A DNA stretch of 64,000 nt from Arenicellales bacterium (GCA_951813075.1 OX638343.1:1335999-1399998), one strand, 5' to 3'; numbered from the stretch's first letter, positions 50,715 to 61,838 are shown. Numbers and translations are program-made. The notes: generated by a model from the letters alone, not told the origin.

Positions 50715-51482
50715 TCATTGGACGCTGATTATACATTCTGCCTTGAAATTTGGGTTGCCATGCTCGTTTTGTATTCTTGCATAACCGCGCGGATTGGAAA
50801 CAATACGCGTTGCACCAATCTTGTAGTCAGCAGATTCGTGAGTATGCCCGTGAATCCACAAACTGGCGCCACTATGCTCGATCAAATCATCCATCGACGA
50901 TGCATAGAAGGGTGAGAATTCCGGCTCGACTCTTTCGTATCGCAGTGACGTCAATGACGGCGCATGATGAGTGACAACAACAGTCTTCATATCTGCGCGA
51001 GACGGGGCATTGAGTTCTGACTCAAGATAGCGACGCGATTCGAAGTGAAAGTTTTGCGTGTCGTCGGGGCTGAGCACCCGATCTCCGAATTTGATCAAAC
51101 GATAGTCATTCATCATATACCTCGCCAGATTCTTCAATTTCAACTCATCGCCACCACTTCGTAAATCGGTCCACAACGTCGCACATAAAAATCTCACGCC
51201 GTCGATGTCGACTGTTCGATTGTCGCAGAAGTAGATGTTGGAACCTTCAGCCTCCTCAATGATTGCCTGATGAACTGCGCCAACCTCACCGTGATAGTAT
51301 TCATGGTTACCACACAGGTAAATTACCGGCACATCCGTGAATTTGGCTTTGGCCCATGCGACACCTTGAGCGCCCAGGTGAATATCACCTGCCAGTACGA
51401 CGACATCGTACCCGGAGCAAGGGACATCGTAGTTTGAAAACTCCAGATGTAAATCTGAGTAAATTAATATTTTCATTGTCAA
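50715..51482 (-). CDS. calcineurin-like metallophosphoesterase
   Basis: Motifs YSDLHLE, AGDIH, GNHEYY, VTHHAP and IHGHTHES. Confidence 0.75.
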   Translation of the reverse strand: MTMKILIYSDLHLEFSNYDVPCSGYDVVVLAGDIHLGAQGVAWAKAKFTDVPVIYLCGNHEYYHGEVGAVHQAIIEEAEGSNIYFCDNRTVDIDGVRFLCATLWTDLRSGGDELKLKNLARYMMNDYRLIKFGDRVLSPDDTQNFHFESRRYLESELNAPSRADMKTVVVTHHAPSLTSLRYERVEPEFSPFYASSMDDLIEHSGASLWIHGHTHESADYKIGATRIVSNPRGYARIQNEHGNPNFKAECIISVQ

Positions 51483-51840
51483 TCAATGACTGGGGTCAAG
51501 TCACTGCGAATCGATTTGCTGGAAGGTGGTTGCGGAAAGATTGCAGGGCAATCACTTGCCCTCCCAATAGAATGTTCCAATAAAGACATGCGACTTTAAT
51601 CACATCTGTCAAGTATACCATTGCAAGTGGATAGACAACGAATGTCATAGGCGCATTCACAACAAATTCAGGGCTGAATTAGTTTTTGAATGGACTACAA
51701 ACAATCCGACAATTCGGATGCAATTGAACGATTGTCGGGTAGATTCCGCAGAAATATGAGCCTCTCATAAAAGATTGCTGCTGAATTCGTCCTGTATAAT
51801 GCAAACCTATGTCAAATCTCTTTGATCTCCCTCCTTTCGC

Positions 51841-52395
51841 ATGGCTTGGTTGACAAATCAATTTCTCATCGCAATGCCATCCCTGACGGATTCGATTTTC
51901 GATCGCAGTGTTGTTCTTGTTTGCCAGCATAACGAAGACGGCGCACTGGGAATAGTCGTCAACAAGCTGACAGACCTTTGCTTGAAGGACATACTGACTG
52001 AACTTGACTTGGAAGTCGATGACGTTCCAGAAAAAGAAACACCGGTCTATTTTGGAGGACCTGTTCAGGTTGAGAGAGGACTCGTTTTGCACGATTCCAG
52101 TAACAGCTGGGCGGCAACAATCGCAGTCGGTTCTGAACTGGGATTGACCATGTCAAAAGACGTTCTTGAGGCGATATCAGAAAAACGCGGACCATCGTGG
52201 TGCATTCCTCTACTCGGATTTTCAGGTTGGGAAAGCGATCAGCTTGAATCTGAAATGCAGGAGAATCTGTGGCTTACGACACCGGCTGACAGTTCTATTC
52301 TCTTCGATACCCCTATTCACGAACGCTGGCACAAAGCAGCATCGCTGGTCGGAATTGATATTGAGTCATTGTCAACTGTGGCTGGTCACGCCTGA
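51841..52395 (+). CDS. algH: YqgE/AlgH family protein (UPF0301)
   Basis: FLIAMPSLTDSIFDRSVVLVCQHNEDGALGIVVN. Confidence 0.85.
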   Translation: MAWLTNQFLIAMPSLTDSIFDRSVVLVCQHNEDGALGIVVNKLTDLCLKDILTELDLEVDDVPEKETPVYFGGPVQVERGLVLHDSSNSWAATIAVGSELGLTMSKDVLEAISEKRGPSWCIPLLGFSGWESDQLESEMQENLWLTTPADSSILFDTPIHERWHKAASLVGIDIESLSTVAGHA

Positions 52396-52458
52396 CCCCA
52401 AAATAATAAAATTTGATTGTCCGGATCGTCGTCCGATTCCTACGTTGATGGCAATTGA

Positions 52459-52968
52459 ATGACCAGATCAGCTAACAAACAGTTATCTGATTCAAGCACC
52501 TTGGATTCGACTGAAACCACATTGGAAAAATTGGATTCCGTGTTGGCTTTTGATTACGGCACACAGAGAATCGGTGTCGCCGCGGGCAATCGTCAAGTTG
52601 GAACCGCCCAAGGAATTGATGTCGTGATCGTTCGCGACGGAACACCAGACATGGATAAGATAAATAACCTGGTCGACGCGTGGAAGCCCGACTGCTTCGT
52701 TGTGGGAGTGCCGTTCACTGAATCGAAAAATAGTACGAGTCTGGTAAAAGAAATAAGGGAATTCGTGAAATTGCTTGAACAGCTCTACACGTGCCCCGTG
52801 TTTGAAACCAACGAGAGACTTAGTTCCGAAGAATCTTCAAATCGAATTAGTGCCTTGGAAAGGCGCGTCAGCAACAAAAAGAAATCTGACCTTAGGAATA
52901 TGATCGCAGCAGAAATCATTCTGGAAACATTTCTGTCGTCCACAGGCAAATTGAATCGTTTGTCATGA
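52459..52968 (+). CDS. ruvX: putative pre-16S rRNA nuclease / Holliday junction resolvase-like YqgF
   Basis: LAFDYGTQRIGVAAGN. An N-terminal extension of about 25 aa makes the true start uncertain. Confidence 0.8.
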   Translation: MTRSANKQLSDSSTLDSTETTLEKLDSVLAFDYGTQRIGVAAGNRQVGTAQGIDVVIVRDGTPDMDKINNLVDAWKPDCFVVGVPFTESKNSTSLVKEIREFVKLLEQLYTCPVFETNERLSSEESSNRISALERRVSNKKKSDLRNMIAAEIILETFLSSTGKLNRLS

Positions 52969-53133
52969 CCTCGACGCCTTTTGCAAATCGCTGGTCGCAC
53001 AACTGCTAGGCTAATTCGTATAATCTAGCCAACCAAAACAAATTCCTCTTGGTGGTGGACTCAAGCACCTTTGTAGCGAGAAGTTCATGGCTACATACAA
53101 TTTAGATCGGACGCGTACGCGAAGCCATAGGAA

Positions 53134-53640
53134 ATGAAAGAGGACCGCCTCGATCAACTACCTGTCGAAGATCTCCTTGGATCAATGGCTGAGTCGTTGA
53201 AAGCTTTGCTGGATAACCAACCACTGATTGTGGCTATCCAAACCGGCGGAGTATGGATAGCCGAGCATCTGCATCGGAAACTTCAGATTGAGGAATCAAT
53301 GGGAGCGCTCGATATTTCGTTTTACCGGGATGATTTCAGTCAGATCGACATGAATCCAAAAGTGCATGAGTCTTATTTACCGGAACCGATTGACGACCGA
53401 CATGTCATTTTGGTTGACGATATACTGCACACAGGTCGAACAGTGCGTGCAGCACTGAATGAACTGTTTGCATGGGGACGACCTGCGTCGGTCACACTGG
53501 CGGTTCTACTGGACAGAGGAAACCGGGAACTGCCTTTAAGTGCGGATGTCGTGGGTCATAGAATGTCACTCAGAAACGATCAGTTCGTTAAAATATCGCC
53601 ATCGGGCCAACTCACTTATTCCGACTTGAATTATCACTGA
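53134..53640 (+). CDS. pyrR: PyrR family pyrimidine regulatory protein / uracil phosphoribosyltransferase
   Basis: 168 aa with PRPP motif [17 protein letters not shown]. Confidence 0.85.
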   Translation: MKEDRLDQLPVEDLLGSMAESLKALLDNQPLIVAIQTGGVWIAEHLHRKLQIEESMGALDISFYRDDFSQIDMNPKVHESYLPEPIDDRHVILVDDILHTGRTVRAALNELFAWGRPASVTLAVLLDRGNRELPLSADVVGHRMSLRNDQFVKISPSGQLTYSDLNYH

Positions 53641-53651
53641 ATTCCTACCTA

Positions 53652-54629
53652 ATGCCTCAGGACGTACAAATTGACACCGATGGACGACTGAAGCATTTTA
53701 TTTCCATTCAAGCCCTGCCCCGCAAACTCATAGAAGAAATTCTCGCGCTAGCGGAATCTTACATTGACTTTCCGACGCGCAACATCAAGAAGGTTCCCCT
53801 CCTCCGAGGAAAGACAGTCGTCAATCTTTTCTTCGAGCCAAGTACCCGAACCAGAACCACATTCGAAATTGCCGCGAAAAGATTATCTGCCGATGTTATA
53901 AATCTGCAGTCCGACAGCATGTCAACGGTAAAAGGGGAAACGATACTGGACACAGTAAAGACCCTGCAGGCGATGCACACCGATACATTTATCGTCCGAC
54001 ATAAAAATAGCGGTGCAGCCGATCTGATTGCCAGACACGTCCCTCCTCATGTTCATATCATCAACGGAGGTGACGGTCGTTATTCGCACCCTACCCAGGC
54101 TCTGCTGGACATGCTGACCATCCGCCAGCACAGGCACTCCTTCGAAAATCTTACCGTCGCGATCGTCGGCGACATTCTCCATTCCAGGGTTGCTCGCTCG
54201 GAAATCACGGCACTGAATGTACTGGGAGCCCGTGAGGTACGAGTCGTCGCGCCTAAAACCCTCATTCCGACCGGCGTGGAAAAATTGGGCGTGAAAATAT
54301 ATACGGACATGGCGAAGGGACTCAAAGACGTTGATGTAGTCGTGATGTTGCGACTACAAATGGAACGCATGGAAGGTCAACTGATTCCAAGCCCACGGGA
54401 ATACTATCAGTGTTACGGATTGACTGAGGAAAAACTCAAAAATGCAAAGCCGGATGCTATGGTCATGCATCCCGGTCCGATCAATCGCGGCCTCGAAATC
54501 GCGTCGTCGGTTGCGGATGGCCAACGCTCGGTCATTCTCTCCCAAGTCTCCAACGGTATTGCTGTAAGGATGGCTGTAATTGCAAAAATCATGGGCGGAT
54601 ACAGTAAGCAACCAAAACCAGCATCATGA
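53652..54629 (+). CDS. pyrB: aspartate carbamoyltransferase catalytic chain
   Basis: [22 protein letters not shown] and MHPGPINRG. Confidence 0.95.
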   Translation: MPQDVQIDTDGRLKHFISIQALPRKLIEEILALAESYIDFPTRNIKKVPLLRGKTVVNLFFEPSTRTRTTFEIAAKRLSADVINLQSDSMSTVKGETILDTVKTLQAMHTDTFIVRHKNSGAADLIARHVPPHVHIINGGDGRYSHPTQALLDMLTIRQHRHSFENLTVAIVGDILHSRVARSEITALNVLGAREVRVVAPKTLIPTGVEKLGVKIYTDMAKGLKDVDVVVMLRLQMERMEGQLIPSPREYYQCYGLTEEKLKNAKPDAMVMHPGPINRGLEIASSVADGQRSVILSQVSNGIAVRMAVIAKIMGGYSKQPKPAS

Positions 54630-55897
54630 AAGTAACCGCCATACGAAATGGTCGGGTGATTGATCCCGCTAACGGAACTGACACGGTTGGTGACATCTTC
54701 GTAAAAGGTCGCCGAATTGTTGATTTATCCGAGGTTTCCAAGGTTTCGATTGATCAGGAAATTGATGCGTCAGGACTGATTGTCTGCCCCGGTTTGATCG
54801 ATATCAACGCAAAAATGGGCGAACGGGGTTCAAGTCAGTCATCGACAATGCTAACTGAATCCAACGCCGCTATTTCCGGTGGAATCACGACTGCCTGTAT
54901 CCAGCCCGACACCCAGCCGGTAGTCGATACGCCCGCAATGGCACATATGATTCGCACGAATACCGAACAGCAGATCGGTCCCAATATCCTGCCCCTGGGT
55001 GCACTAACCAAAGGACTTGAGGGTGAAACCCTGACAGAGATGGCCGCTCTTAAAGCGGCCGGTTGCGTCGGAGTCAGCAATGCACGCTCAGCGGTTCGCA
55101 ACACCTTGCTGATGCGCCGTGCAATGCAGTATGCATCGACGTTTGACATAACTGTTTTCATTCATTCATTTGATCCTTGGTTGACTGGCAATGGTCGTGT
55201 ACATGAAGGTGAAATAAGCACACGCCTGGGATTGCCTGCGGTCCCCGAGGCCGCTGAAACCGTCGCGATCGCAAGAGATCTTGCTTTGGTTGACACAACA
55301 GGTGTTCGAGCACATTTCAGTCAGCTTTCCTGCGCCAGATCAGTTGACATGATCGCGGAATCGAAACAGAGAGGACTGAATGTCAGTGCCGATGTAGCCA
55401 TTCACAATCTATTACTCACGGAGTTCGACGTAGACGGCTTCAATACAATGTGCCACGTTCAGCCGCCGCTGCGAAGCGAAAACGATCGTAGCGGATTGAG
55501 AAAAGGTTTGAAGGAAGGAACAATCTCTGTTATCTGCTCCGATCACCGACCCTGTCGAATCGACGACAAACTGGCACCATTTGTTCAGACGACAGCAGGC
55601 ATATCGGGATTGGAAACCCTGCTACCGCTTACCCTGAAGTTGGTTGAGGAAGAAGTGCTTGATGTTACAGAGGCAATCGCTTGCCTGACGTGCAATCCCG
55701 CCAGAGCACTGGGCATTAAAGCTGGCTCCCTGGCAGCGCGGTCAATCGCTGATATCTGCATATTTGATCCTGATCTGAGCTGGACGGTAGATCCGGAAAA
55801 TATGCTCAGCGGCGGACGTAATACACCTTTTGTCGGAATGGAAATGCGCGGCAAGGTCACGCACACTTTCATCAGCGGGAAGCTGGTTACGGGTTAG
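54626..55897 (+). CDS. pyrC: dihydroorotase-like protein lacking the HxH metal motif (PyrC'-type)
   Basis: 423 aa with an amidohydrolase fold. Where active enzymes have PGxIDxHVH, this protein reads [14 protein letters not shown]. The start overlaps the pyrB stop (ATGA). Confidence 0.78.
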   Translation: MKVTAIRNGRVIDPANGTDTVGDIFVKGRRIVDLSEVSKVSIDQEIDASGLIVCPGLIDINAKMGERGSSQSSTMLTESNAAISGGITTACIQPDTQPVVDTPAMAHMIRTNTEQQIGPNILPLGALTKGLEGETLTEMAALKAAGCVGVSNARSAVRNTLLMRRAMQYASTFDITVFIHSFDPWLTGNGRVHEGEISTRLGLPAVPEAAETVAIARDLALVDTTGVRAHFSQLSCARSVDMIAESKQRGLNVSADVAIHNLLLTEFDVDGFNTMCHVQPPLRSENDRSGLRKGLKEGTISVICSDHRPCRIDDKLAPFVQTTAGISGLETLLPLTLKLVEEEVLDVTEAIACLTCNPARALGIKAGSLAARSIADICIFDPDLSWTVDPENMLSGGRNTPFVGMEMRGKVTHTFISGKLVTG

Positions 55898-56370
55898 GCT
55901 AGCGGCTCTGTGAAATCGTAAATTCTATCACCGGCCAGCGTATACAAATCACTGATTGATATGGGAAACAGAGTGTTGGGTGTACCAGCAGCAGCCCACA
56001 CCACTTCGTGTGCAAAGAGGTCCTGATCGAAAACAGTCTGAATTGGACCGGCAATGCCGACTGGCGCTACACCGCCGATAACAAAACCTGTTTTCTGACG
56101 AACAAAATCGGCATTGGCTTTACCGATAGATTTTCCGATAACAGCTGCCAGCAAGTCGGTGCGCACACGATTACCGCCGCTTGTCACAGCAAGTACTGCC
56201 TCACCGTCTGCGGTCGCGAATATCAGTGATTTTGCGATTTGTGAAGTCGAACACCCCAAAGTCTCAGCAGCCTGTGCAGAAGTTCGTGTGTCATGTTCGA
56301 GATAAGTGATCTCGCACGGAATACTCTTTTCTGCCAGAGCAGATTTGACGCGGACATTTGCGGGGTTCAT
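55894..56370 (-). CDS. YbaK/EbsC-type aminoacyl-tRNA deacylase domain protein
   Basis: 158 aa: ...SAQAAETLGCSTSQIAKSLIF...GGVAPVG... Confidence 0.72.
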   Translation of the reverse strand: MNPANVRVKSALAEKSIPCEITYLEHDTRTSAQAAETLGCSTSQIAKSLIFATADGEAVLAVTSGGNRVRTDLLAAVIGKSIGKANADFVRQKTGFVIGGVAPVGIAGPIQTVFDQDLFAHEVVWAAAGTPNTLFPISISDLYTLAGDRIYDFTEPLA

Positions 56371-56497
56371 TGTGATTGAGTGGTCATATATGGACTGGTC
56401 AGAAAATGTAGATCAAGAATTCCGGCAAGTATTAGACAACAAATTTCTGCAAGTTGCCTCTCTGAGTGCGGATAAAATATAGGCTCCCTGACGTGAT

Positions 56498-57358
56498 TTG
56501 CCTAATCATTCCGTGTCAAACCTATCCCAGAAATCTGAACTGTCGAAAACCATCGGGTTCATAGGCGGCGGCAATATGGCTCGCAGCCTTGTCGGTGGTC
56601 TGCTATCCAATCAGTTTGACCAATCATCAATCATAGTCTCTGACCCGATACTTCAAGCACGTCAGTACGTATCCGATCACTTCAAAGTTAGTGTTACCGC
56701 GGACAACAACAAGGTTATCGAAAATTCCGCAAGTGTGATTCTGGCGGTAAAACCGCAAGTTATGAAACAAGTACTTCAGGATGCTCAACAATCGTTGCGA
56801 CAACATCATCCGCTACTGATTTCGATTGCTGCCGGCATTACCACGGACAGCATCGATGCATGGTCCGGTGGAGGTTACGCTATCATACGCGTCATGCCCA
56901 ATACACCGGCACTGATCCAGAAAGGTATATCCGCATTGTATGCGAACGAACGCGTGTCTGCGGATCAACAACAGCACACCGAATCGATTCTTTCCGCGGT
57001 TGGGAAAACCGTATGGGTGGACGAGGAGAGCAAACTTGACGACGTGACCGCGGTTTCCGGCAGTGGTCCGGCTTATTTTTTCTACCTTATTGAAGCGGTA
57101 CAGGCAGGAGCCGAAAAACTCGGACTTGATACCGAAGTCGCAAAACTTCTGGCGACCGAGACCGCGGTGGGCTCCGCTCTGCTGGCTCAGCAAAGCACCG
57201 ATTCACCCGCCACACTCAGAAAGCAGGTAACCTCACCTGGTGGTACGACAGAAGCCGCGCTGAACGTGTTGGAATCGGCAGGCGTCAAAGACACGTTTAT
57301 TCAAGCAATTGCAGCCGCCAAGAACCGTGCGGTTGAAATGTCAAAATACTCTGACTGA
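56498..57358 (+). CDS. proC: pyrroline-5-carboxylate reductase
   Basis: IGFIGGGNMARSL, MPNTPALI and SPGGTTEAAL. The start is non-ATG (TTG), so the exact start is uncertain. Confidence 0.88.
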   Translation: MPNHSVSNLSQKSELSKTIGFIGGGNMARSLVGGLLSNQFDQSSIIVSDPILQARQYVSDHFKVSVTADNNKVIENSASVILAVKPQVMKQVLQDAQQSLRQHHPLLISIAAGITTDSIDAWSGGGYAIIRVMPNTPALIQKGISALYANERVSADQQQHTESILSAVGKTVWVDEESKLDDVTAVSGSGPAYFFYLIEAVQAGAEKLGLDTEVAKLLATETAVGSALLAQQSTDSPATLRKQVTSPGGTTEAALNVLESAGVKDTFIQAIAAAKNRAVEMSKYSD

Positions 57359-57370
57359 CTTCGTAATTAA

Positions 57371-57940
57371 ATGCAAATTCCGTTATCACTACAATTAATT
57401 TACCCGATTTTACTCATCTACGCATTCATTGCGATTATGCGCGCGCTGATGCAATATCTGGATGCCGACTTTCATAATCCGATATCGCAGTTTATTCATC
57501 GCGTTACTGCACTCCCGATAAAGTTCCTACGAATTTTTGTACCAAGATTGCAAGGATCAGATGCGTTGTCACCCATCGTTCTCGCTTTGCTGGTTTCAGG
57601 CGCCGAACGCCTGTTGTGGATACACTCAAATGGGATTGGAATTGATATTCCTGCAACTTCGGTTCTGACGATTGCAATCGTTTTGGAGCGGACCATCAAC
57701 ATTATGATCATCGCAATCTTGATCCGTGTCGTCATGAGTTGGGTACCGATAGGAATGCTGAACATAGAAAGATTGATCTACACCGCTACCGAACCGCTGA
57801 TGGCTATCGCGAGACGATTTCTTCCATCCTTTGGTGGATTGGATTTCACCCCGATTTTGATACTTTTGGGGCTTGAATTGATAAGCTGGATCGGCGTCGG
57901 ATCCATTCAAGCGCTCGGGTATCAAATATTGCGCTCATAA
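57371..57940 (+). CDS. yggT: YggT family membrane protein
   Basis: 189 aa, polytopic, in the conserved position downstream of proC. Confidence 0.78.
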   Translation: MQIPLSLQLIYPILLIYAFIAIMRALMQYLDADFHNPISQFIHRVTALPIKFLRIFVPRLQGSDALSPIVLALLVSGAERLLWIHSNGIGIDIPATSVLTIAIVLERTINIMIIAILIRVVMSWVPIGMLNIERLIYTATEPLMAIARRFLPSFGGLDFTPILILLGLELISWIGVGSIQALGYQILRS

Positions 57941-57973
57941 AGAAATATTGTTTTCTAAAGGTCAAGCGAAAAT

Positions 57974-59578
57974 ATGACCGAATCCAACAGCGCAACAAAT
58001 TCTCCTGGTTCCACTTCTTCTTCACTTCTTACAAAACACAACTGGTTTGAGTCTGTCAAAGGGCTCACTCATCCGCGTTCGGTATGTATGCTGTTTCTCG
58101 GATTTTCTGCTGGTCTGCCTCTGCTGCTTGTATTCGGCACCTTGTCGGTCTGGCTTCGAGAAGCAGGGATCGAGCGCGCGACTCTGACATTCCTGAGTTG
58201 GGCGGCACTCGGATATTCCTTCAAGTTTGTCTGGGCACCCATAGTCGATCGCATGCCGCTACCGTACCTGACGCGTAGACTGGGACGTCGGCGCGCATGG
58301 CTGCTTATTTCACAAATCGCGGTATTCGGAAGCTTGATGTGGACATCATTTTTCGACCCACAATCAGATCTGCTCGCATTGACTGTCATCGGGGCAGTCT
58401 GTATCGGGTTTTCATCAGCTACCCAAGATATTGTGATTGATGCTTATCGAATCGAATCAGCACCTCCCGACCTTCAGGCAATGCTGGCCGCGACGTATAT
58501 CGTCGGTTACCGGGTCGGCATGATAGTCGCGGGTGCCGGGGCGCTGTGGATAGCAGATGTTATTGGTGGTGGAGACTACAGTTTTCGAGCCTGGTCAACT
58601 GTTTACCAGATCATGGCGTGTTTCATGATAGTCGGGGTGATTACAACGTTGGTCAACCCCGAACCCAAAACTGACGAATCCTCAACTTCATTCTCCGGAA
58701 CTTCGGAGTACTTGCGATTCTTCGCCGTGTTTACGCTGGCGGTTGCTGCATTTGTCATCGGGTTTCTGACTACCGGCGACTTGGTCAAGTCAGCGAAGGC
58801 GATTGTTGTTGAAAATTGGAGCTTCGTCAATGCCACAACAGCACGACTGATACTCGAATCAATTCGGATGGTATTCAGCGTCGCTCTGGCGGCGGCAGCC
58901 GCCTGGGTATTGATTCGCATGCGCGTGGTTAATTTCTCGCATGTCCAGGAAACCTATGTTGCACCTGTTACAGATTTTTTCGTTCGATACGGGCGGCTCG
59001 CGCTGATCATTCTGGTTCTTGTCGGGACGTATCGCATTTCAGATATTGTTCTGGGAATCATCTCCAATGTGTTTTATCTTGATATGGGATTCACAAAAAC
59101 CCAGATTGCGAACTATTCGAAATTCTGGGGATTGATGTCATCTCTTGCGGGCGGGTTGCTTGGTGGTGTCCTGGCTCTGCGGTATGGCGTTCTCAGAACA
59201 TTACTGCTGGGTGCGGTCCTGGCACCGGCATCCAATCTGATGTTCATGCTTCTGGCGCACAATCCTGTCGAGTTAATGCTTCTATTCGTCGTTGTGGTCG
59301 ACAGTTTGAGTGCGGGTATTGCATCAGCGGCGTTTGTATCCTATCTTTCCAGCCTGACTAACGTACGATTTACAGCAATGCAATATGCGATTTTCACATC
59401 AATAATGCTGCTGCTCCCGAAACTTGTTGCAGGATATTCCGGTACGATTGTTGATGGTCTCGGCTATGAGACTTTCTTTGTCATCACGGCACTGATCGGT
59501 TTGCCGGTGATCGGCATTATTCTTGTCGTCGAAAGAATGGTCGCTGCTGATGAGTCAGGTGCTACATCTAAGGCTTAG
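57974..59578 (+). CDS. ampG: AmpG-family MFS muropeptide permease
   Basis: 534 aa: ...GYSFKFVWAPIVDRMPLPYLTRRLGRRRAWLLISQ..., with MFS topology. Confidence 0.75.
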   Translation: MTESNSATNSPGSTSSSLLTKHNWFESVKGLTHPRSVCMLFLGFSAGLPLLLVFGTLSVWLREAGIERATLTFLSWAALGYSFKFVWAPIVDRMPLPYLTRRLGRRRAWLLISQIAVFGSLMWTSFFDPQSDLLALTVIGAVCIGFSSATQDIVIDAYRIESAPPDLQAMLAATYIVGYRVGMIVAGAGALWIADVIGGGDYSFRAWSTVYQIMACFMIVGVITTLVNPEPKTDESSTSFSGTSEYLRFFAVFTLAVAAFVIGFLTTGDLVKSAKAIVVENWSFVNATTARLILESIRMVFSVALAAAAAWVLIRMRVVNFSHVQETYVAPVTDFFVRYGRLALIILVLVGTYRISDIVLGIISNVFYLDMGFTKTQIANYSKFWGLMSSLAGGLLGGVLALRYGVLRTLLLGAVLAPASNLMFMLLAHNPVELMLLFVVVVDSLSAGIASAAFVSYLSSLTNVRFTAMQYAIFTSIMLLLPKLVAGYSGTIVDGLGYETFFVITALIGLPVIGIILVVERMVAADESGATSKA

Positions 59579-59709
59579 TAGATAGCGATAGCGACTAACT
59601 GTAACTGATGTTGAGCCTTTCTGCAGAAATTGATCGGCCAGGTAGAATCTTGCGCAATAGGCTCAAGTTGCCGGAATAATTCAACGAGATTCTATTGGCA
59701 GCAGGCCTT

Positions 59710-60489
59710 CTATTCAAGACGACTGAAATCAAAGTCCGCGATCACCGGCGCGTGGTCGGAAAATTTTACTTCCCTGTAGACATCCACTGAATCCACTGCC
59801 GCCTTCAAACGGTTGGATACGATGTGATAGTCCAAACGCCATCCAACGTTCTTGGCGTAAGCGTCACCGCGATTGGACCACCAAGTGTACTGACCAGGCC
59901 GCGAATCAATTAACCGGAAAGCATCTACGAATCCTGCCGAACCGAAAAGCCAATCCATCCATGATCTCTCCTGCGGCAGAAATCCAGAGTTTTTTCGGTT
60001 GCCTTTCCAATTTCGCAGGTCAACTGGTTTATGGGCAATATTGATGTCACCACATATGATGTAGTCCCTGCCGTCGGTTTGAAATTGGAGCAATAACGGT
60101 TGAATACGATCCAAAATGACTTCTTTGAACTTTTGACGCTCATCCGAACTGGTTCCTGACGGCATGTAGATCGATATGATCGTCAATTCCTCGAAGTCCG
60201 CCCGTACACATCGTCCTTCTGAATCGAAATCATCCCAACCGAGACCGATTGAGACGTCGGAAGGCATTTCTCTAGTATAAATTGCTGTACCGCTGTATCC
60301 TTTTTTCTCAGCGAAATGAAAGTACCCTTGATAACCCTGCGGATGAAACAATTCGTCTGTCAACTGATCCCGCTGGGCTTTAAGCTCCTGGATGCAAACA
60401 ACATCCGGCGCACTAGCGGACATCCATTCGTAGAAGCCTTTTCTTGCCGCCGAGCGGATTCCGTTGGCATTGAAGGTAACAACTTTCAT
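59710..60489 (-). CDS. xthA: exodeoxyribonuclease III
   Basis: MKVVTFNANGIRSA...CIQE...SDHAPV. Confidence 0.9.
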   Translation of the reverse strand: MKVVTFNANGIRSAARKGFYEWMSASAPDVVCIQELKAQRDQLTDELFHPQGYQGYFHFAEKKGYSGTAIYTREMPSDVSIGLGWDDFDSEGRCVRADFEELTIISIYMPSGTSSDERQKFKEVILDRIQPLLLQFQTDGRDYIICGDINIAHKPVDLRNWKGNRKNSGFLPQERSWMDWLFGSAGFVDAFRLIDSRPGQYTWWSNRGDAYAKNVGWRLDYHIVSNRLKAAVDSVDVYREVKFSDHAPVIADFDFSRLE

Positions 60490-60535
60490 TGGTGTAAATG
60501 ATCGGGCATGTTGGTCGCAGAGAAGTCGAAAATTT

Positions 60536-61639
60536 ATGAATAAATTCAGTCAGGCAAAAACCGAATCTCGTCATTTTAACCAATTGTTACTTGGTTGGGA
60601 CTGCAAGTTGCCCGGTCGGGGATTGCCCTGGGCATTCAGTACCGACCCATATCGTATTTGGATTTCCGAAATCATGTTACAACAGACACAGGCAAAGACG
60701 GTTGTCGGCTATTTCGAGAGGTTCATTGACGAGTTTCCTGACGTAGTCTCGCTGGCAGACGCCTCAACAGACAATGTAATGAGATTCTGGGCTGGACTGG
60801 GATACTACACAAGAGCCCGAAATCTTCATGCGGCCGCAAAGATTGTCAGAGATCAGCATCACGGTAAGTTTCCAAGTAATTTTCAGGACGTACTTGCACT
60901 GCCCGGTATCGGTAAATCAACTGCCGGTGCAATTTGCGCACTTGCGTACGGATTGAGGACACCGATCCTGGATGGCAACGCTAAACGTGTGTACGCACGC
61001 TATCACTGTGTGGATGACGATTCCGAATCCGCGCGTACCCGTCGCTTGTGGGAAATCGCCGAAGAGCACACACCGGAGCATCGCGTTCAAAGATATACCC
61101 AGCTGATTATGGACTTGGGAGCGACTGTCTGTACTCCAAGGAACCCGAAGTGTACGATCTGCCCGTTAATTCGCCTTTGCTGTGCGCATCACAACAATCT
61201 AACTGATCAGTTACCGAGACGCAAAATTTCAAGAGATCGTGACATCCGACATGTAACCATGCTGATTATTACGGATGATGCCAACCGTGTTTTGTTACAA
61301 CGGCGCCCGCCCGAAGGAATCTGGGGTAATTTATGGAGTTTTCCCGAATTCTCGGGCACGACTGAAGATATCGAATCTTGGTGCCACTCTCAATTGAAAG
61401 TGCAAATCAAAGCTTATTCCCCATGGAGCAGCATTAATCATGACTTTACACACTTTCGGCTGGTCATCACGCCGCACCCTGCGAAACTTGTGGAATTCGA
61501 TCCAAAATCAATGAAAGAAATCGACACGGCATTGTTTGCCATATCAGAAGCCAGGGCGATGGGGATTCCCGCTCCGGTGCGCACTTTGCTGACAAGCATG
61601 GAGAATGAGCCGATGCAAAGTAGTCATATGCGCACATGA
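60536..61639 (+). CDS. mutY: A/G-specific adenine DNA glycosylase
   Basis: PYRIWISEIMLQQTQAKTV and LPGIGKSTAGAI (HhH). The Fe-S cluster Cys pattern is C-x6-C-x2-C-x5-C (CTPRNPKCTICPLIRLC). A NUDIX-like C-terminal domain is present. The start is set at internal ATG 60536. Confidence 0.9.
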   Translation: MNKFSQAKTESRHFNQLLLGWDCKLPGRGLPWAFSTDPYRIWISEIMLQQTQAKTVVGYFERFIDEFPDVVSLADASTDNVMRFWAGLGYYTRARNLHAAAKIVRDQHHGKFPSNFQDVLALPGIGKSTAGAICALAYGLRTPILDGNAKRVYARYHCVDDDSESARTRRLWEIAEEHTPEHRVQRYTQLIMDLGATVCTPRNPKCTICPLIRLCCAHHNNLTDQLPRRKISRDRDIRHVTMLIITDDANRVLLQRRPPEGIWGNLWSFPEFSGTTEDIESWCHSQLKVQIKAYSPWSSINHDFTHFRLVITPHPAKLVEFDPKSMKEIDTALFAISEARAMGIPAPVRTLLTSMENEPMQSSHMRT

Positions 61640-61655
61640 GTGGAATTGTCCCCTG

Positions 61656-61725
61656 TTCGTTGAGTTCGTATTGGTACGACAACGTTTAGCACTTACAACC
61701 CTTTCGGTTGTGATCCCCGAAACAG
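61656..61725 (+). repeat. copy A of an imperfect direct repeat of the mutY-yggX junction (decayed yggX 5' end)
   Basis: Aligns without indels to 62512-62581 (offset 856 bp) at 53/70 identical. Two blocks are better conserved, at 21/22 and 26/30. The position homologous to the yggX ATG reads ATC, and the frame stops after 5 codons. Confidence 0.8.
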
Positions 61726-61838
61726 GCTAATGCATGCCTATTGACGAGGATCGTTGAGGTGACGCTCAGACCGCAGCCAACTCAGCGCAGCGACTGGCAT
61801 ACTATTTTAATGGCACTGGGTTTTTTACCCGACGATCA

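Noticed and set aside
52969-53133. Search for a PyrR RNA-binding hairpin (UCCAGAGAGG-type loop) upstream of pyrR-pyrB.
   Set aside because: Only CCAAGAGG is present, and only on the wrong (reverse) strand, so there is no convincing anti-antiterminator structure. This is consistent with gammaproteobacterial PyrR not using Bacillus-type attenuation.
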